A stretch of DNA of 64,000 nucleotides from Glaucostegus cemiculus (lineage: Eukaryota): assembly GCA_976551045.1 (NCBI GenBank), contig CDPCPM010000029.1:14136001-14200000 (forward strand), in the 5' to 3' direction. A program made the position numbers and the translations under genes. The notes under the pieces were generated by a model. The model worked only from the letters and a program-made list of their open reading frames with translations. It was not told the origin of the DNA and made no database searches. Of the stretch, positions 37,740 to 50,870 are shown piece by piece. Every line of letters starts with the position of its first letter. Positions within the stretch are counted from its first letter, which is position 1.

Positions 37740-37980
37740 AGCCTGGGGCTCGGCTTGGTCGGTTGCCAATGTAGTTCTGGAGGCGGGGCCTGCATTTTTG
37801 GTGGGAAGACCCTGCGCTTCACGGTCCCGGCGGATTAAGAGCAGGCTTCGGAGTCAGATTGCCACTGCGTGTGAATGCAGGGAGGGGCGCGGGCGGCGCG
37901 GGCGGCAGACGGCTCACCGAGACGGGCCGAACCTGCAGGACCGATGCGGCTCACGGGATGCATGTTGTAAACCACCGATT
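37740..37980. promoter_or_regulatory. Orphan CpG island / promoter-like element
   Basis: High GC and CpG, CCAAT followed by GC box GGCGGGGCC, GGGCGCGGGCGGCGCGGGCGG; no adjacent coding exon. Confidence 0.55.
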
Positions 37981-38329
37981 TAGAGATTGATATTATCTTG
38001 TATATGTTAGTCTTTCTGAGCGGCAGACTACATATTAAATCTATTCTTGATCCGAAATTATACACGGTCGTATAGACAGCGGCTGTCTGTCAGTTATTAG
38101 CCGCGATGTTCATTTTATTTTTAAATTAAACCTTATTTTCATGTTTGTGATTCTTTAGGCTCTCTTTATACTGTGCCTTACGCTTCCTCGCCAGCGCAAA
38201 ACAGTTTCAAGGGCATTTCGTCTTGGAAGAAATGATGCAGAGTCAACGCGATTTATGAAAAAGAAATCGTGTTTAGGAAATCCGTTCGATATTATAACTA
38301 GCAGGGCGAATAATGTTCAAAGTACTTAG

Positions 38330-39310
38330 ACTTTCAAGAAGTATTTGATGAGATGTGACACAGGAGGTTATTACATAAAATTAGGGCTGATGGGATTATA
38401 TTAGCATGGTTTGAAGATTTGTTAACAGACATACAACTGTTCATTTTCAGTCTTGCAGGCCAAGAAGCAGACTGGTACAAGGATTAGTGCTGGGTGGGAA
38501 AATAAGTTATGAGAAAGATTCAAAAGAGATTGCAAAGGGACATTGACAGGTTAAGTTGTAGACAAGGACAGAACAGAGGGAATATAATGTGGAGAAACTT
38601 GTGATCATTCACTTTGGAGTTAAAATAGGAAAACATTTGTTAGAGGGTGAAAGACTAGAAAGCATTGGTATCCAGAGCATTCTGGGTATCCTTGTACAAA
38701 GATCACTTGAATGTAGCATGAGAAGACACAGCAACCAATGAGGAATGCCATTATCACAGTGGGATTGAAATATATGAGTAAAGATACCTTCCTGTAATAA
38801 TTAAGGACCTTGTAAAACTCATACTTGCAGTACTGTGCACAGTATTTATGGATGTGTATATTCGACAAAGAGGGAATGTACTAAAGATTCACTAAGACCT
38901 AAAATATTTTCTGGAATGAGGAGACTATCTTATGAGGAAAGAGGAGGGGACCAGATCTTTGTCACCCAGAGTTTATAAGAATGAGAGGTGACCTTATTGA
39001 AATCTGTGAAGGGCCTGACAAGCTGGGAGAATGTTGCCTCTGGCTTCAGAGCCTAGAACTCATAGTCATGGTCTCAAAATACAGATTTTTGCATTTGGGA
39101 GACTGAGATATGAAGGCATTTCTTCACTCAAAGGAATATTAGGAATCTTCTACTCATGAGATGATCGGAAAGGTGATAGATTTCAAGAGGGTTTTTGGGA
39201 AATGGGGAGATGGAGTGCAGGAAGATGGGGCTGAGGTAGATTTTCTGAATAACAGAGCAGGCTCAAAGGCCTGAATAGCCACTACCCCTCCTATTTTTAT
39301 ATGTCCTTAT
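38330..39310 (+). mobile_element. Old CR1-like LINE ORF2/3' fragment
   Basis: Recognisable CR1 reverse-transcriptase remnants (TTAGACTTTCAAGAAG, GATTGCAAAGGGACATTGACAGGTT, ATGAGAGGTGACCTTATTGAAA) and a CR1 tail at about 39250-39310. Confidence 0.8.
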
Positions 39311-40519
39311 TTAATTCAGTGATATTGAGGTCAACTAACATTTAGATTCAAATTATGAGGTTTTTTTTAGTTCAAAGTATAACATCATATAGCAGGACAA
39401 ATAACATAAATAATTTCTTTGTCTGTACTTTTTAACTTTCCAAAGCAGTAGATTTATTTTTGAAAATGTGTTTACTGGGCTGTTGCAGTGGAGCTTACAA
39501 TATCAAACAGCTTCTGGTCTTCCCCTGTTCCCCAAGCTTCATGGCTATTTCCAAAAAATCTGATTAAATATCCTGAAATATATAGACAAACTCCTTGAAG
39601 CTTAGCACTCATAGTATCTATATTATTACTACACCAACCATGGTACCAATTTTAGAAGAGATTGTGTCTGCCATTTCATTTTCAGGAGACAATATTTCCA
39701 ATTCCAGGACAAAACTCCATTGAATCTGCAATTAAAGCTAGTAATAATAGGAATTTATTTTATCTGCTAATTAAATTAGCTGATATTTGGTAGTGTAACT
39801 CATTTAAAATATGAAATACTCAGTTTAAAATATTACAAACCATGTTCTTTGTTACACTATAATTATTTTTCTTTCCCTAGATCTCCATGCCATTCTATTT
39901 AAAATATTCTCTTCTGCTCTGATATTTAGCTTGCAGTATTAATTTCAATACAGTTAGCCATCTTTTGTGATTTTTTTAAGATTTAGAAATCTTTCATTGC
40001 ACAATATTATACTGGCTTTGTATTCAACAATCAGCTAAGTGTTTGATTTTCACCATAATTGTTCTAAAGCAACCAATTTTTTTTTTGCTTAAATAAATTG
40101 GGAATGTATGTGAAATTCTAGATTTCACTAGAATGCTAATTTCAGCAGGGAACAGAGATAAGAGGATTGCTGATAATCTCTTGTTCTGAATCCAGGGGTA
40201 TACCAATAAATACAGCAGCTGAAAGGCACTGCAGGTTGAAGGGAGGGAGACAAAGGGATTGAGCATTATGTGAAGAACTAAGAGGTTGAGTAGAACTGTG
40301 GAATTGGAGTAAATCCGGTGTGCTTATTAAATCCATTCTTAAAAAATTGTTCAAAACATACCATCTTTCTTCATTCTTTCCCCCAAGAGTCAAACTTAAT
40401 GAGTTCAATTTTTGGCAGTGATGTACATTAATAATTAAGGGCAAATATTCTATTTACACTTGTACTCCCAGTCATTAGAATGTTATGCTCAAGCTAAATA
40501 CAAATTCAAATATGGAACT

Positions 40520-41640
40520 TGGAAACAGGACCACCAAGACTGGCAGTAGCTCCAAATTTTGCCTGCTTGCAGCAAGATCTGGATAATAAACAGATATGGG
40601 CTGATAGGTGGCAAGTACATTTGTGCCATAGAAGTGCCAGGCTATGACCATTTCCAACAAGAGTGAGTCTAACTATCTATCCTTGTAATTACAGCTACCA
40701 AATTTTCGCGTAAAGGGGTTACCATTGAACAGAAACTCTTGACACCATCCAAGAAAAAGTAGCTTACTTGCATCACACCTCACCTGCAACCCTAAATATT
40801 AATTTCCTCCACCACTTGTGCACCATGTCTGCCATCTACAAAATGCATTGCAATTACTCTTTGGTAAACTTTAGTTAGGGCACATTTGGAATATTGTGTG
40901 CAGTTCTGTCACCATACTAAAGGAAGGATACTAAAGGCTTCTGAGAGGTTCACCAGGATGTTTGTCTGGATTGGAGTGTACTAGCTATAACAAGAGGTTG
41001 GACAAACTTGGACTGTTTTCTTTGGAGCATCAGAGGCTGAGGGGTGACCTGATATAAGTATATAAAATGATGAGAGGCATAGATATGGTAGATAGTCAGT
41101 CTTTTTCCCAGGGTGGAAATGTCAAATACTAGTCGTATGTTTAAGGTGAGAGGGGGAAAATTTAAAGGAGATTTGTGAGGTAAGCAGATATGATAGCAAT
41201 GTTTGAGGCCTATAGACAAACATGAACCAACAGGGAACGAAGGGATACAGACCACGCACAGGCAGATGGGATTAGTTTAATCTGGCATCACGGTCAGCAC
41301 AGACATAGTGGGCCTAAGGGCCTGTTCCTGTCATGTACTTTCCTATGTTCTATGATCTATGTTCTATGTACTGACCTAGACTACTCCAGTAAAACCTCTC
41401 AAATCTGTGACCTCTATCCCCCAGGAGCTCAAAGGCAGTAGGTATACAGGGACATCACTGCCAGCAGATTCCCTTTCAAGTTGCACATGATCCTGACTAG
41501 GAAATATAAGGCTGGTCCCTCAGCGTTATTGGGTTTAAATCATGGAATTCTTTGCCCAGCAGGTCTTTGAAAGTACCTGCACCAGATGAGATGCAGTAGT
41601 TTAAGAATGTGGCTCTGCACCGCCTTTTCAAAGTCAATGT
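40520..41640 (+). mobile_element. L2/CR1-type fragment with a nested CR1/HER1 3' fragment (about 40860-41370)
   Basis: The inner element has GAGGCTGAGGGGTGACCTGATA and a (TTCTATG)n-like tail at 41338-41369; the outer element continues on both sides. Confidence 0.7.
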
Positions 41641-43503
41641 GCATGTTCATGGAAAGCATTCAGAAAATTCTAAATTAGGGGTTATTTTTAACAGAGTTAT
41701 GATACTTGTGAATATTTTGGAAACAATTTATTGTTGTACTCACTTTGATAATTAATGAGTGTATTGATTTATATTAATTTTGGGGGTTATAATTGATATT
41801 TAGAAATGTTTTTGATTTATCCTTTTCATGGTTATGTTTAGTTAAAGTAACATTTAAGCGCAGAACTTGAGATTTGTCATATGTGAAGCCTATTGCAGTG
41901 TGTATCATATCAGGGGCACATAGTTTATATTGTAATGTTGTGATTGAGAGATCAGAAAGGGAATATATTTATGTTTACCTAAGTTTTAATAGTTAACTGT
42001 ATATTTGTAAATAATTAGAAGTTAATTGAAATAATAATTTGATAGATGCAGATATTATTGTTATGGATTTATTTCTTTAAAAAAGCAGCATATCAGTTGT
42101 ACATATACCTTTAAAAGCTTGTGTATCATGTGATCAGACCTTTGATACTTTGTTGTATCAGCCATTGCCACTAGTTGGGTGAAGCTTGCCGTCAAGACAG
42201 AATGTTTGGTTACAAGCCTGTCTTTGTTACTTGCCTTACTGAGTAGCAATATATATATATAAAAATGCTTGCTACGTTGGTTGTCAAGGCAGCTGAGCTC
42301 TTCCTAGTTTCAGGAAGATGTGCATTTATGAGAAGGTTATTCAAAGGGTTAAATGTGTACACTTCCTGACAAATTGCCCCATCATTCATTCCATTTCCAT
42401 GTAAGCCCTTGATGATCATATATGATTATTAGAATACTTATCAGTACCTTTCTCTATGCAATAATGTGATCATGGAGTTAAATTATGCTTCAGGCTTGAA
42501 AGTGAAATGACATACTCTTGCATTTTTAAAATCAACCCTATCAGTGTTGAGAAAAACTGTCTATTGTATATTGTGGTTTTCTGTCTTTTGTGGCATTATA
42601 AGGAGTATTCACAACATGCTTCAATTGGTTTTAGGAATCTATAACAGAGGCTGGGGAAGACAAAAGGATCTGTTTATAATCCTAGTTTGTAGCACCCTGA
42701 GAACGAAAGTTACAAGTACAATATCTTCAAAGGTATTGAAATTGTGTACACTATGTTGTTTTCCATATGTGGAAGACAAATACAGATCAAGATTTTTTGT
42801 GTCATGTCAGAAGAAACCAGAGATTATAGAGAACAAGCCTATTACATGGATTTGTGCTGTTTCTTTTGGAATTGTCTCTTTTAATATTTCTAACACAGTA
42901 AGTGTAAATATTGTGAAAGCATTAAAAAGAAATATAGTCTTTGGAGGCATGGATCTAGTAAACAGTCTGAGAGGCACAGTTTAAATTCACTTTTACCATT
43001 TCATTTCTTCACTCTTAGTATTATTTCTTATCTGGCACAGATGTTTTCTTTCTGAAATTGTAAGATAATTTTCACAGCCTGTCGAAAAGTGAAATATGAA
43101 CAGGTAGGTGTCTCCCTACAACCTCTGCAAATTCTAGAATTTCAGCTCATCTCAATCTAAAGGTGGGTTGTGGGATTTTTACATTGACTAACTGGTTCAA
43201 TATTCCAATGGGTTCTTTACCTTTCTTGATAATGAAGAATTATGAATGTTCCATGATGTCTGAGGCACCAGCCAGGAACAGAGAAAAAAGACTTGAAGTT
43301 AGTCTCCAGGCAACATGGTGAATATTTTAATAACACTACTGCATCTTCTTTGGCAGTCTTCATGGTAAATCAGAGGATATGTTGCTGCTTAACAATAAAT
43401 TTAGTTGTGCCATATGAAGAGTAAAATCAAGACTGTTAATTCACAATGACCGAAAAGACTTTTTTATCCAAAAGTATTCCCGTTTTTAATCAATCTACTG
43501 AAA

Positions 43504-44192
43504 GTGAATGAGCAAGTACAGCAGGCAGTAGCGAAGGCAAATGGAATGTTGGCCTGTATTACAAGGGGAATTGAGTACAAAAGCAAAGAGATTCTTCTGC
43601 ATTTGTACAGGGCCCTGGTGAGACCACTGCTGGAGTATTGTGTACAGTTTTGGTCTCCGGGATTAAGGAAGGATATCCTGGCTATAGAGGGTGTGCAGCG
43701 TAGGTTCACAAGGTTAATTCCGGGGATGTCAGGACTGACTTATGCTGAGAGGTTGGAGAGACTGGGTTTGTGCACGCTAGAATTGAGAAGATTAAGAGGG
43801 GATCTGATTGAGACATAAGATTATTAAAGGTTTGGACAGGATAGAGGTAGGAAATATGTTCCAGATGTTGGGGAAATCCAGGACCAGAGGGCATGAGCTA
43901 AGAATTAAGGGTATGCCATTTAGGACAGAAGTGAGGAGAAACTTCTTCTCACAAAGGGTGGTAAATCTCTGGAATGCACTGCCTCAGAGGGCAGTGGAAG
44001 CCAATACACTGGGCACTTTCAAGGAAGAGTTAGATAGGTTTCTTATAGATAGGGGAATCAGGGGATATGGGGACAAGGCAGGAACAGGTTATTGAGGGTA
44101 GATGATCAGCCATGATCTCAAAATGGCGGAGCAGACTCCAAGGGCCGAAAGGTCTACTTCTGCTCCTATTGTCTATTGTCTATTGTCTATTG
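43504..44192 (+). mobile_element. Young 5'-truncated CR1/HER1-type LINE
   Basis: Near-intact ORF2 C-terminus (LYRALVRPLLEYCVQFWSP...RRLRGDLIET / KIIKGLDR...RRNFFSQRVVNLWNALP), one frameshift near 43815, and a (CTATTGT)n tail. Confidence 0.93.
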
Positions 44193-44506
44193 AATTGAAC
44201 TTCATGCCTCTCATTATTTCAGGAAAACTGCAAAAATGTAATTATAACTGAATTAGAATGGATGACCAAACCACAACATATTAATCTCAAACCAATGAAA
44301 ATTCATGTCAGATCATTCGTACGGCAAAATCCATTTTTAAAATATCAGTTTTTGAATGCTGCTTACAGAATGTGATGCTGTGATAGTGGTCTGCAATGTG
44401 ATTGAGTTTCTGACTGCAAATTTGCATTATTCATAGACTAACTTTGTTAATTTTACTTAAGATATTAAAACTATAGTGGCATGAATCCAATTGTGGTTGC
44501 GTGTTC

Positions 44507-44525
44507 TGACCACCAGGTGGTATTT
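44507..44525 (+). promoter_or_regulatory. CTCF-like motif (forward orientation)
   Basis: TGACCACCAGGTGGTATTT; the core CCACCAGGTGG matches but the 3' end is imperfect. Confidence 0.4.
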
Positions 44526-44721
44526 AGGTGCAAAGTGAGTTTTAGTTTAGGGTATTGTCTCAGATTTTGCTTTAGTCATGGTGATGAAATGACTTGAGAA
44601 AATGAGAGCAAATTCCAGGTTTCTCTGTATATTTACCATGAAGTTCACAAAGTTGCTGTTAATGATTCAGCACAACATCTTTTATGTATTTTCAAACTAA
44701 CGTCCTCTTATGCAAACAAAT

Positions 44722-44845
44722 AAAACTGCAGATGTTAGAATCTGAAACAAAAACAGAAATGCTGGAAAAACTCAGCCAGTCGACCAGTGTCTGTGGAAAG
44801 AGAAACCAATTTATGTTTCAGGGCAATGACCTTTCCTCAGAACAG
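44722..44845 (-). mobile_element. Penelope-type terminal repeat with degenerate hammerhead motif
   Basis: Minus strand GTT-CTGAGGA-AAGGTCATTGCCCT-GAAAC-ATA followed by the family body. Confidence 0.7.
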
Positions 44846-46489
44846 ATATCCTTTCCATGGATATTTCAAAATATATGTGGTTTAAAACAAGATGATTTAT
44901 TTTTAAAACTTTAGACTATATCAGCTTCTACCTTAATCATATGAATATGTTCCAATCTTTATTTAAAAAGTGAATTTAAAAATTGTGGTTTTATTTTTCT
45001 GGAATGCTGCCTGTGATGATTCTTTAATGTGATTGGCTGCACAGTCAGATTAATGGCCGCCCAGCTGCAAGATGCTAGTGATCCTGTGAAACAATTGTAG
45101 TGGACACTGCTGAAAAGGACGTGTTTGCCACTAAGATCACTAAATTTTTATGGGTAGCTTTCTTCAAGGCCAGCAGTAAGTGTTGTTTTGCCGGTGACTA
45201 TAAGTAGTGAACCCTTTTGTTCTGTTTCTGTTTCACAAATATGAAGTACCAAGAACTATTTGGAGGGAAATTCACAGAAGACAGAAGATGGAAATTAGTT
45301 ATTTGGCCTAACCAATCCTTGTCAACTGCCCCCCTTTTCAGATCAACTCATCGTGTAATTCTACAGGAAATCTGCTGGTAAAGATTAAATTAAAATCAAC
45401 GATAATACTTGCCTGAAGTAAAACTTCAATAATTCAATTTGAATCTTGCTCAAAAATCTTTTGAAAAAGGCAAAGAAAATCAAATCCCCACAGATTGACA
45501 AGATATCAAATGGTTGAAATCTGTCCACATATTATGAAGAAAAAATGTCAGGTCCATGCCAAATTGAGTCAAAATTAACAATTAGTTTTTATATAGTTTG
45601 TTTAACCTAGTAAAATGTCTTAAGTCACTTCATTGCATAGAAATTATATCAAACAAACACTGGCACTAAGGTATAAAAGACAGTGAAAGAAGCAAGGGTT
45701 AATGAAGATCTTAAAATAGGGGTAGACATAAAATTTTAGGAAGGAAACTCCAGAACAAGGTCTCGAGGGCTGAAGGCACAGCCCCCACTGGTGTAGCAAA
45801 AGAAAATCAGAAAAACACAGTACAATCATCCTATTCTAAAATGTTTTCTTTCAAACGTCTTTTGGTACGATTGAAATGTCAGTTTCTGTTGTCAAAAGGT
45901 GGACAAGTATTTTAATAATACATTTTGAATAATTAATCAAATAATAGTTAGACATGACAGCACATTGCAAAAAGTGCAGTCACTGAAGCCTTTCACCTGT
46001 TGATGTAACTTGTTCTTCACCCTATTCATACAGTAAAGCTTGGCACATTGGGCTGAACATCCCCTTGACCTCTGCTATCACGTTTTGTAAAGATTCAGAA
46101 AATATGGTGAAGATTTTGCCGAGAAAAATGGAAAAACGGTGTTAAAAATTAATTGTTAAGCTTAAAAAATGTTTGTTTCCTGAGTCCTGTGACTAGAACT
46201 GGATGCATTCTAAAAATTAGAGCCAGCCCTTTGTGGAATTCAAAAACAACTTTGCATGCAAAACCTGGGGAGTTTGGAAAACCCTTTCACAACTTGCTAT
46301 TGACACTCGATGAACTTTAAATCTTTAAAGCACTTTTTTTTCTCTCTGTGAAGCAAAGATATTGAGGGATAATGTGAAAGGCTGGGTTCTGAAGGGGGTG
46401 AATGAGGGTGGTGAATCTCTGTAGTTCTCTACCCGGGAGATTTAAGGGCTGGATGGGCCGAGTGGCCTTCTCCTGCTCCTGTCTTGTAG

Positions 46490-47290
46490 AGTTGGGAGCT
46501 CGGCGCCAGACGCAGCCGCCACCGGCTAAGAAACGGGTGCAGGAAACAGATCTGATCCGGGATGCCGGGCGGCCACACCGCCGGTGCGGTGCACGGCCGG
46601 GCAGCTGGCAGGAGCGGGACGCCCGGTCGGGGCAAAGGCGGCACCAACACGACGCCCATCGCGGCCGGCAGGGGGCGTCCGGCGACCACGCGCCTGCGCA
46701 GAAGGGGACGCCGGCCTGGCGAGGGTAGGGGGAGCGCGGAGCGGGCTTCGGCTGCCGGGAGCGGAGCGGCCGGAACCGGAACGGGAGTGGGAGCCGGCGG
46801 CGTGGGGTGGCTCAGGTCCTCCCTCCTTCCCTCACTCACTCACTCGGACTGTTGGCGCCACTGCGTGAGCTGCAGGTAGGGTTACCCGAGGTCGGGTTGC
46901 CGAGGAAACGCCGCGTCAAGGGATGGAACTTTCTAGAGCGGCTCCCGGGAGGTCGGAGGTCGCTCACCCGGTCTCTGCTGGTGGAGCCCGGGGGGGTGGG
47001 GGCAGGGTGTAGGTCCCATTCAGCCTCTTGTCACTGGAGAAGTCGGGGGGGTGGGGGGGGGAGGGAGGTACGGGCCGAGGGTCGTCGGCATTGCACCGGG
47101 GGCACGGTGCAGACACGCTCCTTCGGGTCGGCGAAGGCACCGAGCCTTGGGCCTCGTCAGTCTCACGGTGGGGTGGGGTGACCATTGATAGGTGGCACCG
47201 GTCGAGGTCGGGAGGTGTCTGCGGGTTTGGGCCCACGTTGCGGTGGTGGTAAAGACAGGGTGCTGCACGGTGGCGGGTGGAAAGGTTGCC
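46490..47290 (+). promoter_or_regulatory. TMEM33: CpG-island promoter of TMEM33
   Basis: Dense CpG; NRF1 motif GCGCCTGCGCA (46690-46700); tandem ETS-like CCGGAACCGGAA (46770-46781); lies 4 kb upstream of the first coding exon. Confidence 0.85.
46790..46875 (+). other. TMEM33: TMEM33 non-coding first exon (5' end approximate)
   Basis: Donor CAG|GTAGGG at 46875/46876 inside the CpG island; the ATG exon has its own acceptor at 50858, so an upstream exon is required. Confidence 0.65.
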
Positions 47291-47349
47291 TCAAAGGAAG
47301 TGGCGGTGTCAGGTCGTGGACCTGTTGGTTGTTATTTACAACATTCCCT

Positions 47350-48840
47350 GTGTTCAGATGTCCCAGAGGATTGGAAAATTGCAACTGCTACCCTGGTATT
47401 CAAGGAAGGAGGGAGACAGAAAGCAGAAAACCGAAAACATTCGACATCAGGAGTATGCTGGAAACCATTAATGAAGGGCTAATTGCAGGGCATTTTGAAA
47501 ATCATAAGACAACCAAAGTCAAATTGGTCTTATGAAGGGAATTGGTGTGACATATTTACTAGAGTTCTTTGAGGGTGTAACAAATGACGTAGTGTTTTTG
47601 GATTTCCAGAAGCATGGAGTAAGAAGCCACTTTAAAAGTTACAGCGCAAGATAAGAATGCATGGGTTTGGGAGTAATATATTGGTATAAATAAATGTGTC
47701 ATTTTGGATTGGCCATAAGTAACTAGTGGGGTTCCACAGGTATCAATGCTTTTGCCTCAACAATTTAATATACAGTGTCGAACATCGAACAGTACAACAC
47801 ATGGACAGGACCTTCGACCCACTCTGATGCCATTCTAAACTAATTCTGTTAGTCTGCTGAAGGTCCATCTCCTTCAGTTCCTTGCCTGTTCACGTGTCTG
47901 TCTAAATGCTTAAAAGTTGCTATCGTATGTGCTTCTACCACTTTTCCTGGCAGTGCATTCCAGGCACCTACTGCCCTCTGTAAAAAAAAACTTGTTTCTA
48001 AATCTCCTTTAAACTTGCCCCCTCTCACCTTAACCTATGCCCTCTAGTATTTGACATTCCCATCCAGGAAAAAAGACTGACCATCAACCCTATTTGTACC
48101 TTTCAAAATGTTTTATATTTCTATGTAGATGACCTTTGATGATCTAGTTGAAGGGACAAAGCGTTCTGTAGCTAAATTTGGTGGTAATACAAAGGTGTAC
48201 TTCCCTTAGTGGGGATAGCTTTAGAATTCAGAGTGAGATGAGAAGGAATTTCCTTTCTGAGGTTGTGCAGATTGAGAAACTACTTGTTTACTTTCATAAG
48301 CTTTAATACAATGTCTGGAGTTTTTAAAGAGTTAATACAATGTTTATGTAAAATCCATTTTAAGGCAAAAAAAAGGAAAGATTGTTCTCCATGGCTGTGA
48401 GGAGAACTTGAATCTAGAACAAGAAAAAAGGAAAAAGTTCACTAGATTGATTCCTGGGATGGCAGGTTTGTCATATGAAAGATTCAGACCTTGCCTATCC
48501 TCTCTTGATCTTAGAATGAGAGGTGCTGTCATTGTAGCATACAAAATTCTTATGGGTCTTGACAGAGATCAGAGTCTGAAGCATCACATAGTCAGCCATT
48601 TAGGACAGAAGAAATTGCTTCACCTGGAAGATAGTGAATCTTTGGAATTCTTGGTCCAAGAGGGCTGTGGAGGTTCAGTCACTGAATATTCAAGGCAGAG
48701 ATCAATAGGTTTTTAGACAATGAAATTGTGGGATATTGAATTAGTGCAGGAAAGTAGCACTGAATTAAAAGATCAACTGTAATTTTATTGAATGTCAGAG
48801 AAGACATAAGGGACAAATGGCCCCCTGCTTCTCCTTCTTA
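47350..48840 (+). mobile_element. Decayed CR1-like LINE with a nested antisense CR1/HER1 fragment (about 47775-48125)
   Basis: PEDWKIATATLVFKEGGRQKAEN (CR1 reverse-transcriptase N-terminal motif) and KFTRLIPGMAGLSYER; the inner fragment is a reverse-complement HER1 tail. Confidence 0.8.
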
Positions 48841-49179
48841 ATTTAAATGTGCTTAAAAAGAGGCAGGAAAGTTACTGACCATGTAAGATAAAGCATTTGA
48901 GCAATATTCTGCTCAGTTCCAGATCTAAACAACACATGTTGTGCCTGATGTAAAATGGTCTCAGGGCAGACTAGCTGTGAAGTGTCAAGGGAGAAATAAC
49001 AAGTGAAAGGAAAAAAATTCCCTTCAAAAACCTAGATTATATTTTTGATTATGAAAAATAGTTGATATTGATATCTGGTATAATTCTTGGTCATTTGGTA
49101 ATTGATCATTTGATTAGCTCTTTTTTTTGTTCAAACTAGATTAAGTATTGCATTGAATTTGATCTCTCATCCTTTGCTA

Positions 49180-49540
49180 TTGTTTTCCCTCATTCCTGTG
49201 GCCCCCTCCCCCACCCTCATGACCTGCCCACTCCTATTCCCCACCTCCTTCTCTGTATTCCATGGCTTACTCTCCTCTCCTACCAGATTCCTCCTTCAGC
49301 CTGTTGCCTCTCCACCTATCACCTCTCAGCTTCTTGCATCATTCCCTTTCATCCATCATCTCCCTCTCACCTGGACTCACCTATCACCTGCCAGTTTGTG
49401 CTCCTCCCCCTACCTTTTTATTCTGGCTTCTGCCCTCTTCCTTTCCAGTCCTGGTGCAAGGTCTTGACCTGAAATGTTGACTCTTTATTTCCCTCCATGG
49501 ATGCTGCCTGATCTGAGTTCCTCCAGTATATTGTGTGTGT
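49180..49540 (+). mobile_element. Longer Penelope-type terminal repeat with pyrimidine-rich arm and hammerhead-like motif
   Basis: About 270 bp of C/T-rich arm, then AGTC-CTGGTGC-A-AGGTC-TT-GACCT-GAAA-TGTT-GACT (49447-49482) with stems I and II intact, then GATGCTGCCTGA. Confidence 0.75.
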
Positions 49541-49829
49541 TATATATAATATTAACATTTCGGTGCTGAAAGTAAAAATGGCTTATTGCTTTGTCACTGA
49601 GGCATTCTGAAATGTACATTGCAACCTGTTTATTTTCTGCTTAACTGTCATCTCTGGAGCAAGAAAATAGAATTTTTTCTTGACCTTCTGAGTAACGTTT
49701 TTTCATTTCAGATTTCAGCATCTAAAATGTTTTGCATCTCTAGTCTATCTCACAGTTCCAGGATTTTTTTCTTTTTCTCTTCTGTCTTCATTCATCTTCT
49801 ACTTGCATCTCCAGGTGTAACATTTTATC

Positions 49830-50150
49830 ATGGAGGAGATACAGCATGGAAACAGGCCTTTTGGTCTAGCGAGTCCCACTGATCATCAAGTACCTATTTT
49901 TACATGAATTCTACTGTACCCTATTTTAATCTCCCCATGTTCCTATTAACTCTTCCCAGATTCTACCACTCATCTATGCATAATGGACAATTTACAGTGG
50001 CCAATTAACCCACCACCCTGCATATTTTTGGGATGTGGAAGAAAGTTGGAGCACTTGGAGAAAGTCAAGCAATCACAGGAGTAACATGTAAACTTCACAC
50101 ACACAGCCCTGGAGGTCAGGCTTGAACCCAAGCCCAATTTAGCTGTGCTA
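49830..50150 (-). mobile_element. HE1-like V-SINE
   Basis: Reverse complement of the 13.7-14.4 kb SINE (TTTACAGTGGCCAATTAACC...GGGATGTGGAAGAAAGTTGGAGCAC...AAACTTCACAC). Confidence 0.75.
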
Positions 50151-50870
50151 CCCTATCTGTGATTAATGCACCTTCATCACTTGTATCGTTCAGCCTCACT
50201 TAATCTCAACCCATTTTTACATTATTCCCATTGTTCTATCTCTTACATTACCTGCAGCTTAAATAATTTAATTTCTAAGTTTCTCAGTTCTGTTGAAAGA
50301 CATTGGGCCAAAATGTTAACCGACCTTCTGAGTTTTTCAAGCATGTTCTGAATTTATTCCTGATAAAAGAGTTGTTTCATATATTGGAACAAGAACAAGC
50401 TGAGTTTTTAAATGAAAGTGAATTGAATATTCTTTGTGAAGGGTGGTATTTTGTAGTACACAAATATTGCTTAGCAACCTCCACAAAGAACTTGCTAGCA
50501 TAATGTGAATCTGTAGCAAGGAAAATCTGGTTTTACAACTGAGTGAATGTTGGGGCGTATGCTTTTGTCATGACAATGGAATTTGCAGTAAATTCAAAAT
50601 TCTTTAGAACTATCATATTTGTTTACATTTAATTTAAAATAACAGGAAAGTTCAAACCATCAGGTGTAGTGTACATGTTATGATGTCCAGTGTACTCATT
50701 TATATGTAGCATTTTCCTTGAAATGTATACTATGGCTGTCAAGTTGAGAAATGTGCTAGCCATTTAGTATGGACAACATTACAGAGATAGTAGAGGATTG
50801 AATGCTAATATTTTCTTTTAAATATGTTTGATTAACTAAGACTTTGTTTCTCTTCCAGCATTATTCTGAA

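Noticed and set aside
42544-42984. 146-aa ORF
   Set aside because: Non-ATG start, AT-rich, no motif or convincing splice context; treated as chance.
43504-44095. Two protein-like ORFs (104 and 95 aa)
   Set aside because: CR1 LINE ORF2 C-terminus split by a frameshift, not a host gene.
1-46000. PHOX2B or another homeobox gene expected from synteny
   Set aside because: No homeodomain-coding exon (such as RRIRTTFT or WFQNRR) was seen on either strand; it must lie outside the window if present.
46402-47535. Many overlapping 70-136 aa ORFs
   Set aside because: Low-complexity G/R/P/A translations of the TMEM33 CpG island and an adjacent CR1 fragment; no recognisable protein.
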